Source: Carcharhinus longimanus (lineage: Eukaryota). From it: a stretch of DNA of 64,000 nucleotides. The DNA lies in NCBI GenBank assembly GCA_030264375.1, contig JASCQW010000177.1:15285243-15349242 (forward strand). The letters are read 5' to 3'. Numbering within the stretch: the first letter of the stretch is position 1; every line of letters begins with the position of its first letter. The translations under genes and the position numbers were made by a program. Of the stretch, positions 12,522-24,215 are shown piece after piece. The notes under the pieces were generated by a model. The model was not told the DNA's origin and searched no databases. It saw only the letters and a program-made list of their open reading frames with translations.

Positions 12522-13040
12522 TAATCCTTCTGCCAGGCAAAGCAAGTTACCCAGATTGACTCTATCAAAACCATTCATGACTTTGCACGCCTGTACCAAG
12601 TCTCACCCTTAGTCTTCTATACTGTAAGGCGAATAACCCAGCCTGTCCACAGAACTAAGTCCCCCGCGCTTGATACCAGTTCAATACATTTCTTCTGCAC
12701 TCTCTCTAAAGTCTTCCTAAATTCCTCTATTGATTTAGCCAAACCTTTTAACAGCATTCTCAAATTCTCCATGCACCTTCAAAGATTTGTGTGCTTACAC
12801 TTATAGGTCTTTCTGTCCCTGCTTACCATTACACCATTTAGCTCATACTGTTTTTCTCATTCTTCCTTTCAAAATTTCTTTGCTAAATTTAAGCTGCCAT
12901 GTGTCATCCCACTTACCAGACTGTATTCTCCTGAGGCCTGTAGCACTCTTCCTCATGGTTTATTACATTTCCAAGATTTAAGTCCTCTGCAAACTTTGAG
13001 CTTATTCCCCTCTTGCCCAGCATAGATTATTTATATATAT
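12522..13040 (-). mobile_element. CR1 LINE 3' fragment, decayed
   Basis: Minus strand shows an RLRxDLVQxxKVMNGFDRV-like motif. Confidence 0.65.
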
Positions 13041-13049
13041 CACTTTAGT

Positions 13050-13354
13050 TTAAGCTTATTTATTAGTGTCACAAATAGGCTTATGTTAACACTGCAATGA
13101 AGTTATTGTGAAAATCCCTAGTTGTCACACTCTGGTGCTTGTTCGGCTGTACTGAGGGAGAATTTTAGCATGGCCACTTCACCTAACCAGCACATCTTTC
13201 AAACTGTGGGAGGAAATCGGAACATCCAGAGAAAACCCACACAGACACAAGAAGAATGTGCAAACTCTGCACAGAAAGTGACCCAAGCAGGAATCAAACC
13301 ACGATCCCTGGTGCTATGAGGCAGCAGTGCTAACCACTATGCTGCCATGCCACC
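13050..13354 (-). mobile_element. V-SINE subfamily with an alternative (non-HE1) 3' tail
   Basis: HE1-like head and V-domain with a different tail, shared with ~59220-59448. Confidence 0.75.
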
Positions 13355-14089
13355 CTCATTCTTAAGATGTTTGAAGCATGACACCAGTAGGTATGTACAT
13401 TTTAAAACAATGTGGAACAGTTGAATGTCTTCTGTAATGCCATAACCACAGCGCAAACATATAACTGGGTATGTGTAGAAATGAAAATTAAATGACTGTT
13501 CATCAATTACATCATCAGCATTTTAATATTCGTTCTGTAAACAGCTTTTATGTAACAGTAGTTTATTTAAATCAATCCTGTAAGAAAAATATAGCTTTAG
13601 CCTTACACAGAGAAAAGTGCTGTGAATTACAATCTTCTTCATCCAAAGTCATTCGCTGTATTATGCATAATAAACTGTCCAATTGTTGGACTGAATATGC
13701 AAAATAACATGGGAAATAATAGAGTGGTGAAAATATGGAACTCACGACCACACGTAGTGGGTGGGGAGAATAGCACTGATGAGTACAAGTCGAAACTAGA
13801 CATACATGTGAGGGAGAAAGGAGTAGAAGCCTGTGGGCCTACGTGGAGCATAAAAACCAGCACAGACTGAATAATTGATTGATAGGTCTGAGTAACCTGT
13901 TTCTATGCTGTAAATATGAACTAACTGTTTAGGAGTATCCACTCTGGTTAATTCAATTAGAAAATGTAGAAATTATTTTGGATGGTGTCCAGCATCAATA
14001 GATAAAACCGGGTTCTCAAATTCGACTAGAAAATGGTAATTGCAGTAACAACTCGGACATTTGGGTATAAATACCAATTCTAACCCGAT

Positions 14090-14370
14090 TTACAATAATT
14101 GATAGGAGAATTAGAGGGGAATAGCAGAGAAATTGGTTTCATCTGGTGGTTGTGGAAGTCTGGAATGTAGTGCCAAGGGTAGTAGAGGCAGAAACCCTCA
14201 CCAAATGTTTTAAAAAACCTGGATACACGCTTGAAGTGCTGCAGCCAACAAGGCTTTGACCCAAGCACTTGTAAGTGGGATTTAGCTGGATCGCTCTTCC
14301 TTGGCCAGCATAGACATGATGGGTTGAATGGCCTTTTCCTGTACCCCAAGTTTCAATAATTCTGTGATTC
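14090..14370 (+). mobile_element. CR1 LINE 3' end
   Basis: Degenerate VWN..P..VVEAETL..FK..LD motif, then an atgggttgaatggcct tail. Confidence 0.7.
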
Positions 14371-14621
14371 TAACTAGAATATAAATTACAATACTAATTA
14401 GAACTGAGCTCAACTAGGATACTCAATTCCTATTGGAATACTCAATTCCTATTAGCAATTGAGTATTCCAATACTAACAAGGAAACATGGATTGAATTCC
14501 CAACCTTAATTATCAAACCTAGGTACAATTCACTAATTGACTAATTCTTAAATACATAAACTTCTCCTAAGAAGTACCATTTCATTAGTCTCAATGGAGA
14601 AACCTATTGGGTAGGCTGGGA

Positions 14622-14677
14622 GTGAAGGGTGAAGGGTGAAGGGTGAAGGGTGAAGGGTGAAGGGTGAAGGGTGAAGG
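14622..14677. repeat. Perfect heptamer tandem repeat (GTGAAGG)8
   Basis: Eight exact copies counted directly. Confidence 0.95.
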
Positions 14678-15049
14678 TCCTTGGACATTCTGGTCAATGT
14701 TTTCCAGTGCTTCAGGTAAATAGTAATATCAATCATGTCAATGAAAATGGAGTGGAGTTAGACCATTCCATCCTCCTAACTCAAGAATAGTTTAGATCCA
14801 GTGGGGGTGAGATGGAGGAAACAAAATCATAAAGGAGTAAATGACAGATTACAAACTTGAAAAATAAAACAGGTACTTCTGTACATTATACTAATCAATA
14901 TGATATTTTGCATAATTGCTGTGAAGGGTTTTTGACAAGGGTTTGTGTTTTACTCACTGATCTATTGACTGTTTTATTCCACATCATGTAATATGTTAAT
15001 CATTGAACTTAGTTGCTTTAAATGGTAATTCATTGACATTGCAACTTAC

Positions 15050-15159
15050 AGGCCATTTCCAGAGATCTGCTGGGGGTCAGGTAAGGCATTCTGCCCTGGA
15101 TCCATCTCCTGTGTGGGTGACGGTGGCTCCATACGCTGAAACAGTAATGGCGTTCGATT
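15050..15159 (-). CDS. CACNA1A: CACNA1A exon 41 equivalent (110 nt): [36 protein letters not shown](L)
   Basis: Acceptor ctcacacag|AAT, donor CT|gtaagt. Matches the Cav2.1 motif [17 protein letters not shown]. Not in the ORF track. Confidence 0.95.
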
Positions 15160-16899
15160 CTGTGTGAGATATAACATGGCCTAGGGCTGGCATCAGACAG
15201 ACTTATGGGAATGAAGTAACAAGATTCAGAATGTTATGACGCTAAGCAAAGATTCATTTACCTCCCAGGTCACTCCTGATTCTGGAAAAAGNNNNNNNNN
15301 NNNNNNNNNNNNNNNNNNNNNNNNNNNNNNNNNNNNNNNNNNNNNNNNNNNNNNNNNNNNNNNNNNNNNNNNNNNNNNNNNNNNNNNNNNNNNNNNNNNN
15401 NNNNNNNNNNNNNNNNNNNNNNNNNNNNNNNNNNNNNNNNNNNNNNNNNNNNNNNNNNNNNNNNNNNNNNNNNNNNNNNNNNNNNNNNNNNNNNNNNNNN
15501 NNNNNNNNNNNNNNNNNNNNNNNNNNNCAGAACACCCTGGGCTAGGGAAGGAAAAAAAATCAGATAGGATTCTCCCTAATCATTATCCAGTGACCTTTTT
15601 TTAGCAAAATCTGTCCACATGGATTTCGGTGGTGACCAGTTCAGACTCAACAGTGATACAGTTGAATAGCCTCGAGGCACTCAAGGATCAAGTGGGCGAG
15701 GTCACCAGAGGATGCTCATGGAATCATGCTCAAAGTGCAACTTGCTGCCTTCAGGAAATTCAGAGAAAGAAAAAAAATCTCATCACAATGAGCAATTTCT
15801 AAACTTTATCAAAACATATTTCCAGTCCATGGAAATGAAACCGTCACTAGGTGAGATCACATGAGTATCAACAAACTTTTTAGAAAGACGTTCTATGTTG
15901 AAGCATCAACCAAGAGCACGTCAACGGTTTGGGCCTGTTTTGCTTCGAGTCTGTAGGGGAGAGCTGAAGAGTCCAAACACTTCTTTAGATTGGGGTGGGT
16001 TGAGGGCTGGGAGAAAATTCTGGGTCACTCCTGCAAATCTCCAATAAGCAACTTTCAGAAGCTTGGTAGCATACATCAAACAACACTGGATGCCACATGA
16101 CAGAGGGAAAGCCAAGAAGTTGAAGGGGGAATATAGCCAAATATGAATTTCTATATCACCTTAAAAATATCAGGAACTATAATAAAAAAAATCCCAAGAA
16201 ATATAGTTATCATTTTCAATAGATTGAGAATAAAAGTAGCTGTACATTTGACTATCCCTCTGACTAGACAACTCCTCAAGAGCATTATAAAAACATAATA
16301 GGCCTGATTGTCTGACTTTGTCAGATAGCCAGTAGGAATCCCAATGCCCTGGTGAATGGGGCATTGGCCAAAGATTCGGATTCCCAATGGGTGTGAGGGC
16401 TCTCAGGATTCACCAGGCTCATTCTATTAGCCCCGAAAGGGTTCTCACCCACAGCAAACAGCAACCTGATTATTATGCAAACCCACTAATTTGAATATTA
16501 TCAGCGGATTTGACAGGCCATTCATCAGCCTCATGCCATTCAACTGGCCCACCAGTGGGAATGGCACCAGATGGGCATTACATGTGTTACCCACAAGCGA
16601 GGACATGGTGTGCTGGACTTCCTCTTTTATAAACCACAATCATTTTGAAGAAATCACAGGTTGTCAATCAGGCTTAGACTCGGTCAACATTGAGGTCAGG
16701 GTCAACAGGGTTCTTGAGATTCATTCAAGCGTGAAGGAACATAATCATAAACACAACCAATGGCCACTGGATAGACCTCCTCGGGGTCCAAGGCACCAGG
16801 CCTCTGATTGTTGTAGGAAGGCAGTGTGTCACATGGGTGGATATTAGCGTTGGGACATGGCACGTGATTATATTCCCAGGAATACATTGAATCACAGCA

Positions 16900-18620
16900 G
16901 GCAAACCTGATCTCAGGGAGTTGGAGATTACAGAGATAGGAAGGGTGAAGTTATGGAGGGATTTGGAAACATGGATGAAAATTTTAAAACCAAAAGCTTG
17001 CTTGACTGGGAGCCAGTGTAGGTCAGCAAGATAGATAAACAAGTCTTGGTGTGAATTCAGAGGATACTTGGTGACCTCAAGTTTAGGATGAGTAGAATAT
17101 GGGAGATCAGCTAGCTGTACATTGGAATAGTCAAATTTAGTGAATAAATGCATGAACAAGGATTTCAGCAGCCACTGAGCTGAAGTGGGGTGAAGTTGCG
17201 TGATGTTATGGATGTGGAAATAGGCAATCTTAGTGATGACACGAATATACATTGGATATTATTTCAGGGTCAAATATTGTGAATTGACTGGTTTAGTCAC
17301 AGACTATTGTCAGGGAGGGGAATGGAGTTGGTAACTATTAAATAAGAGTTTGGAGTTGAGAGACTGAAAACAATGACTTAATTGGAGGAAATTTCTACTC
17401 ATCCAGTATTGGGTGTTGGAGAAGCAGTCCGCTAATTTAGCAATAAAAGAAGTATCTGGAGAGATAACATTGAACTCTACCTCAAAGCTATCAACATACA
17501 TTGAAATTTTGAGCCCACTTTTGCCGTCCGTGTGACAGACGGTCGACGCTCAATATCCAGCGGAAGCTGGAAGTCATGAATCTCGCCGGCTAGATTGCAA
17601 CTTCCAATTTTCACTGCTGGCGATGTAATCATGATCACATCCACCTGATTTAAATACATCTTAATGTTCTGCACAGGTTGGCACTTTCATGTTNNNNNNN
17701 NNNNNNNNNNNNNNNNNNNNNNNNNNNNNNNNNNNNNNNNNNNNNNNNNNNNNNNNNNNNNNNNNNNNNNNNNNNNNNNNNNNNNNNNNNNNNNNNNNNA
17801 TGCCGGTGATGGCTATTGGTTGGGTAGGTACTGGCTCAAACTTGAGTTGGGGGGAAATGGGGGGTGGGCTGGGAAAAAAGGGGTTGAAGATTTGGGGGGA
17901 GGGGAGAGAAAGTGCCAACTCCAATCAGTGGGTGGACTGGGAGTCCGTGATATCTCCATGCTGGGCTGGAGGGGAGATTTATACATCTTCTGATCAGGCA
18001 CTCTTTCAAAATGATGCCCCAATCTCTGTGCAGCTGGGTTTTCTGGCATGCTGAGGCACCGCACCCCTGTACGATGGCGTGAAACACACCCCTTTGATTT
18101 TTTTTTTGACAGAGTATTGTAGAATCTAGAGAAAAAAACGGTGTGTTTCTCTGGAGAGAAACACACCTGTTTTGTCACCGGAAACTCTGCCATTTTTTGG
18201 TAAGATTCCCCCCTCTGCTGTGCTTTTGGACAATATCACCATGGGACAGCATGTAAAAGAGAAATATGAAAGAGTAAAGTTTAGATCCTTGGACGAAATC
18301 AGTGGAAATGGTGTGGGAGCAGGAAGAGAAGCTATTGCAAGTGATATTTTGGTGATGAGAAAATAGCTAAGAATGGAACAAGGTGAGAGCAGTTCCACCC
18401 AGCTGGACAACAGGATTGTGTGGTCAACTGTATCAAGCACTGTAGAAAGTCGAGCAAGAGGAGGACGGAGTTACCTATAATAATACAAAATGTAATTTGC
18501 AACTTTGATAAGAGCTATTTTGATTCTGTAGCAGTGGCAGAAACCTCATTGGAAGGATTTGAATGTGGAATTCCAGAAAAGATAGGCATGACCTTAGGAG
18601 GCAACAAAATTTTCAAATAC
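16900..18620 (-). mobile_element. L2-type LINE fragments (~16900-17480 and ~18215-18620) split by a GC-richer insert containing an N-gap
   Basis: Minus-strand peptides ITKIAYFHIHNI...FDYSN...LHWLPVKQ..FKI and LDTVDHTILL are L2 RT/3' motifs. Confidence 0.75.
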
Positions 18621-21600
18621 ATTCAGGATTTAAAAAAAAATGTTCAACAAAGATTAACAGAAGTTCCGGTCTGTTGCCATGGTTTTGACGCCATAGTCTT
18701 AACACAACAGTCTTTCAATTCTCATATGGAGGAAGGGGGATAACTATTTGGTCACAGTGTTTCCCAGTGATCAAAGGTTATGGGGAGAAAGGAAGATCAG
18801 GTATTCAGTTGGATGATCAACCATGATTGTGATGAATGGCAGAGCAGGCTCGAAGGGCCAAATGGCCTCCTCTTGCTCCTATCTTCTATGTTCACGGGTT
18901 GGAAAGAGTCATTCCAAACATCCCAATCTCACACTCTTCCTGGTAGATTTGGCAGTGGTCCATTAGCAGGTCACCCATTCACTGGTTCAGGATTTTTGAT
19001 AGTCAAAGTTAAAATGTGACAAAATCTGACACCCGCAAAGCCTTCATGTGGTCTTGGATTTTACTATTCATCTTTAGATTGAGAGGCTCCACACTTTAAC
19101 TAAAACTAGATTTTCACAAGAGATTTTCTTCTAAAGCATCTTAGCACAATTTCACATCCTGCTTTACGATTCAATGTTGAATGACCCTCCTGAGTAAATG
19201 AATGTTATCTGAACCAAAAGCATTTATTAAAGAAAACAAAAAGAAATCATGCAGATAATTAGCATCCTTTCGATGATTTGAAGGGAAGATGCAGAAATGA
19301 AATCCGGGGTAAACTTTTCTCCAGCATTTTGGAACACGTTTAGATACAGGATCCCATTTTATTGACCTGTGTAGGTTGGGAAAAGCAGAGAAAATCTACA
19401 AACTTTTCCATTCTTGTCAATGTGGCAGAACACGACTTGCCGTCAAAGGGGCCCTCTCCTCCAAAGTCCCCTCAGAAATCTGCAAATGGAACCTGGTGAT
19501 GGCATCGACAGCCTGTACAAACACATCTCCAACAGAGGGACAACTTAGATCAATAATTCACATTGGCTTATTCTTTTCTTGAACAGTCCACTCCAAGAAC
19601 AATACAGCTTCAGTTGAAGAAAATTGTTTGGCAAACTCAAGCAATTTCACCCCTTTACAAACCATTTTCTCTTTTCGTTTTCAGGCTAGAATTTGCAAGA
19701 TTGGCTCAGAATGAACTAACCATAGTACAAGACCATTCCAGCCTTTCACCACTTTGGAACAGGAGATCTCTTTCAATAGGATTTGTTAATACGAGTAATA
19801 CTGACTTGAAGCAATATTTGTTAAACTGGTCCACCCTTGTGCCACCTACTAATTTCTCTCAAAGGCACTGACTCATGCTTGGGGTCCCAGCAGGCCAATA
19901 GTATATTATTATACCTTTCTTCACTGAGAGCGCTCAGGAAGTGGACCAGCAGGTTAAATGTCCATGTAAGCATTTCAGCAATCCTTGATCCTAGTCTTGC
20001 TGGAATTCTACCACTCCAGCTGCAATAGAATCAGGCGGGCGAGGGGCGGACAGTGGAAATGCCCGTTTACCTCTGGTGGGATTTTCCGTTCTCGGGTTGA
20101 GCAAGGCCGTAAAATCCCACCCAGTGTGCTCTAGGAATGGAATTGGGAGGATGGAGTATGGCAGTGGGGTAATTGTAACCTAGGAATGCTGGAGTTAATG
20201 GCAATCCATCAAATTTGCCATTTATGCTTACTTAGCTAAGACCATATATGGGTGCCTCTTGCTATGCATGGCTCAATAGCATATCAGCTAGTGCATTTAA
20301 TTTCTGAGCCATTACAAAGTCACATTTTATGAAAACTATTTTATTTTCAAAACTCAAATATACTATACAACACAATGGAGAATAGTTAACCAACGGGTAT
20401 ACCCCATCCTCATGGGACATAAGTTACAATCCTCTTCCTTCCTGTAGGAATTCTGATGGCTGCAAATATTTTAAGCATTATTCTATTCACTCACCCAATT
20501 ATTAGAAAAACCATTGCAACACGTGTTTTGTATTTTGTTCCTGCCTAGTGAGAATGTTTAGTGCCAATTTTAATCTATTTACACTGCATGGTTCTCAGTT
20601 TCTATAAAAATAAGAAACAGTGAGTTCTAAACCCTGACTTGGTTTGCCTTCAACTTTGAAAAACTCAGGCAGAACCCACCTGCTACCTAAATAATATCAA
20701 ATGGTTCAAAACAGGTTCAGGAAGGAATGGCAAAGATCAATGTTTTGAAATTAAATTTATTAAAGCAATTGATTAGTAGGCTTTTTTTTTTACGTTGTTA
20801 TGACTGAATTCTTTCTGGCATAGAATTTAACTAGTAATGTACAATAATTGCACATCTTGCCATGGAAACCATGCCTTATAGCACAGGACAATCCCATTTT
20901 GTGATCCTGTTCCGTATTGTTAGTTGATATAAGCTGCCTGGGAGACTAATAGGATCACCACAATTGGCCTCAGAGAGCAATGCTGTCCATAAATTAGAGG
21001 AAACACAGTTTTATAAAGATGGTATCATATTATTCTGCTATTAAGATGGAGTTGTGTGTCCCCTGTGTGTTTTTCAAACTTGAAGGCAAACCAAGTCAGG
21101 GTTTAGAACCCACTGTTTCTTATTTTTATAGAAACTAAGAGCTATGCAGTGTAAATAGATTAAAATTGGTACTAATTGCTATATGTAGACATCTTGAGAA
21201 TTCATCTGGAGGTTGATTGCTCTTAGACAAGATCATCAGGTCAATTAGAGGTCAACTGGCTTTCTTCTCATTCTGATACATGCAAAAATTATTTTCTGTT
21301 GGTTAGTTGCCAAGTTTCTCTGCACAGAAATAAAATGTGAACTCTTGCACAAAGTTGATTTAATGGGAAACTTACCTTCATCAACAAACTTACATAAAGA
21401 CAGAAAATACTAGAAAGGTAGAGGAGACCTGCCAGCCACTTATGGGAAAAGACAAATTAGGTCTTTAGCCAGAACTGGGACCTAGTTTTTAAATATTTTC
21501 TGCTTCTTTTCAACAGAACTACATAAACTTACATCATTAAGCTTTTACACGTGACAACAGGGTGGCAAAAATGATGCTCACAGCTCAAAATTGTTCCTCC

Positions 21601-21742
21601 AATAGATAAATCAGCTATTTGTAAAGTACTTCTACAGCTTGCCTTGAGATAAAGTGAAACTCTATTGGTCACACTGGCGACTTTCCTTCTGTTTAAAGCA
21701 ACAATAACATCCCAAGCCCACTAATATACGGTCAAATATATA

Positions 21743-21869
21743 GGGTGGGATTCTTTGGCCGCGCTTGTCCCAAAACCGGAGAATCCTGTCCGAGGTCAAT
21801 GGACCTTTACATGATCCACCCCCCGCCCGCTATGATTCCTGTGGCAGGTGGGACAGGAGAATTCCTCCC
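21743..21869. mobile_element. ~125-bp MITE-like element with GGG(T/C)GGGATT...AATT/CCC termini
   Basis: Related copies at ~20000-20122, ~58320-58445 and ~61195-61312; looser relatives at ~4300-4425, ~42565-42760 and ~55000-55110. Superfamily not determined. Confidence 0.65.
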
Positions 21870-21996
21870 ACAATTTTCTGTTGGGGTCACCAGACATGTC
21901 TGCACCTGCTGTGGTATAGAACAACATTGTTAAATACCTTAAACTCAATTTAATGCTTAATCTAAGTGGAAATAAGTCCTGGCTCTTCCTCCATTG

Positions 21997-22522
21997 ATGT
22001 GGAGATGCTGGTGTTGGACTGGGGCAAAACAGAAAGAAATCCCACAACACCAGCTTAAAGTCCAAACAGGTTTATTTGTAGCAAAAGCTGCAAGCTTTCA
22101 GGACAGGCTGTCCCTTCATCAGGTGGTTGGGAGTTCTGATCATAAACAGGACACAAACTTAATTTACATGCATAATGATTGTAATTGAGTCTTTACAGCT
22201 AATCAATTCTTAAAGGTACAGACAATGTGAGTGGAGAGAGCTTTAAGCACAGGTTAAAGAGATGTGTACTGTTTCCAGGCAGGAAAGTTAGTGAGATTTT
22301 GCAAGTCCAGGTTAATTGTGGGGGTTACACATAGTGTGACATGCACCCAAGATCCTGGTTGAGGCCGTTCTCACGTGTGTGGAACTCGGCCACCACTCCC
22401 TGTCCAGCGACTCCACGCCACCGCGCGTCGCGAAGGCCACCCTGGAGAACGCCTACCCGAAGACCAGAGGCCAAATGTTCATGACTGCCGAAGCGCCCCC
22501 CCCCAACAGGAAGAGAACAGGA
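21997..22522 (-). mobile_element. Penelope-like retroelement 3' end (GIY-YIG C-terminus plus pLTR)
   Basis: ORF 22325-22540 (SLPVG..F..H.H....LRVGVLQGG...F.T...GLNQDLG.MSHY*) resembles the PLE endonuclease C-terminus. The pLTR has aataaacctgtttggactttaa and a hammerhead-like core. Confidence 0.8.
22086..22128 (-). ncRNA. Minimal type I hammerhead ribozyme motif, partly decayed
   Basis: cac-CTGATGA-a-gggacagcctgtcct-GAAA-gcTT-gcag. Core intact, stem II GGACA/TGTCC, palindromic AAGCTT stem III, stem I mismatched. Confidence 0.6.
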
Positions 22523-23125
22523 AGAGGATAGAGCCAACATTTTGAGTCAGAGTTGACAAAGGGTCGCCTAGACTCAAAACCTTGGCTCTATTCTCCCTCC
22601 ACAGATGGTATCAGCCCTCTTGAGATTTTTCAGCATTTTCTGTTATTGAACCTGCCACCTTTACCCGGTATGGCCTCCTTGTGACTCCAAACCCACATTA
22701 ACACGATTAACCCTTAAATGGTCGACTCAGTTCAACAGCGATTAGGATGAGTAACAAACGCTGGGCTTGCCAGCAGCACCCATATCCCATGAGAGAATAG
22801 TACACAGTGATGGCTAAATGATTGCTTTTGAGTATGACTGATGTGAAATGAAGGCAAACGAACGGTGTTGAGCAAAAATGATGTCAAAATTCTCTGGTAG
22901 GGACACGTCAACCATCATCAATGAACTGATTATCTAGTTACTATCTCATTGCTTGTGGGATCTTGCTGTGTACAAATGGCTGCTGCATTTCTTGCATCAT
23001 ATCAGTGACTTAGACTGGCTGTTTACGGCAGCAAGATCAGTTGGTTAGATGACCGGTTTGGATGCAGAGCAACACAAACAGCGTGGGTTCAATTCCTGTA
23101 TCGGGTGAACAGAGTTAAGCATTTT

Positions 23126-23471
23126 AACCCACTAATCCCCCTAACTTCTATATATCTTGGAACACTAAGCGGTAATTGAGCAAAATCCAAGAGCAACACC
23201 AACTTGGAACATTCCAGCCTAAGTCACTGATATAATGCAAGAAATGCAGCAGCTATTTGTACACAGCAAGAGTCCACAAGCAATGTGATAATAACTAGAT
23301 AATCAGTCAACTCAACATCTTTGGAGTATGGGAGGAAACTGGAGCAGCTGGAGGAAACCCACGCAGACATGGGGAGAACATGCAAACTCCACGCAGTCAC
23401 CCAAGGCCAGAATTGAACCTGGGTCCCAGCCGCTGTGAGGCAGCAGTGTTAACCACTGTGCCGCCGTGCTG
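23126..23471 (-). mobile_element. HE1-type V-SINE interrupted by a locally templated inverted insert
   Basis: SINE body on both sides of ~23190-23310. Confidence 0.8.
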
Positions 23472-23764
23472 GGGAAAATAAAACTCCTCCCCTAAAAGAG
23501 ATTCCCCACGCCAAGTGTTGATTGATTTTTTTTTAGACCACGTGGCCCTTACTCAGTAAGGCTGGTCTTAAAGTGACAATCACCACACTGTTTTTGAGAA
23601 ATCCCTGGATCTCCCTTTCAAACAGCACTGTGGGTGTACCTACACCACATGGTCTGCAGGGGTTGAAGAAGGCAGCTCACCGCCACCTTCCCAGAGACAA
23701 TCAGGAATGGGCAATAAATGCTGGACTAGCCACTGATGCCCATATCCCATGAACATTTTTGATA

Positions 23765-23904
23765 AGGTTATATAAGGCTGAATTTAGAGTATTGTGTACG
23801 GTTTTGGTCTCCTAGTTACAGGAAGGATATAAATAAGGTTGAAAGAGTGCAGAGAAGGTTCACAAGGATGTTGCCAGGACTTGAGAAGCTGAGTTACAGA
23901 GAGA
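23765..23904 (+). mobile_element. CR1 LINE fragment (young), runs into an N-gap
   Basis: LEYCVRFWSPSYRKDINKVERVQRRFTRMLPGLEKLSYRE. Confidence 0.85.
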
Positions 23905-24004
23905 NNNNNNNNNNNNNNNNNNNNNNNNNNNNNNNNNNNNNNNNNNNNNNNNNNNNNNNNNNNNNNNNNNNNNNNNNNNNNNNNNNNNNNNNNNNNNNNN
24001 NNNN

Positions 24005-24215
24005 TACCTTTAAGAATTGATTAGCTGTAAAGACTCACATTCCAATCATTATGCATGTAAATTGAGTTTGTGTCTTTGTGCCCTGTTTATGATCAGAACT
24101 CCCAGCTGCCTGATAAAGGGACAGCCTGTCCCAAAAGCTTGCAGCTTTTGCTACAAATAAACCTGTTTGGACTTTAAGCTGGTGTTGTGGGATTTTTTTT
24201 CTGTTTTTCCCCCAT
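24005..24215 (+). mobile_element. Penelope pLTR copy, inverted relative to 22020-22218
   Basis: Reverse-complement match over ~200 bp with scattered differences. Confidence 0.8.
24104..24146 (+). ncRNA. Hammerhead ribozyme relic (core mutated)
   Basis: agctgc-CTGATAA-a-gggacagcctgtccc-AAAA-gcTT-gcagct. Perfect 6-bp stem I and stem II, but two G-to-A core changes. Confidence 0.5.

Noticed and set aside
22381-22500. CpG island or internal promoter
   Set aside because: Only ~120 bp and inside a Penelope fragment; better explained by the A-to-G changes.
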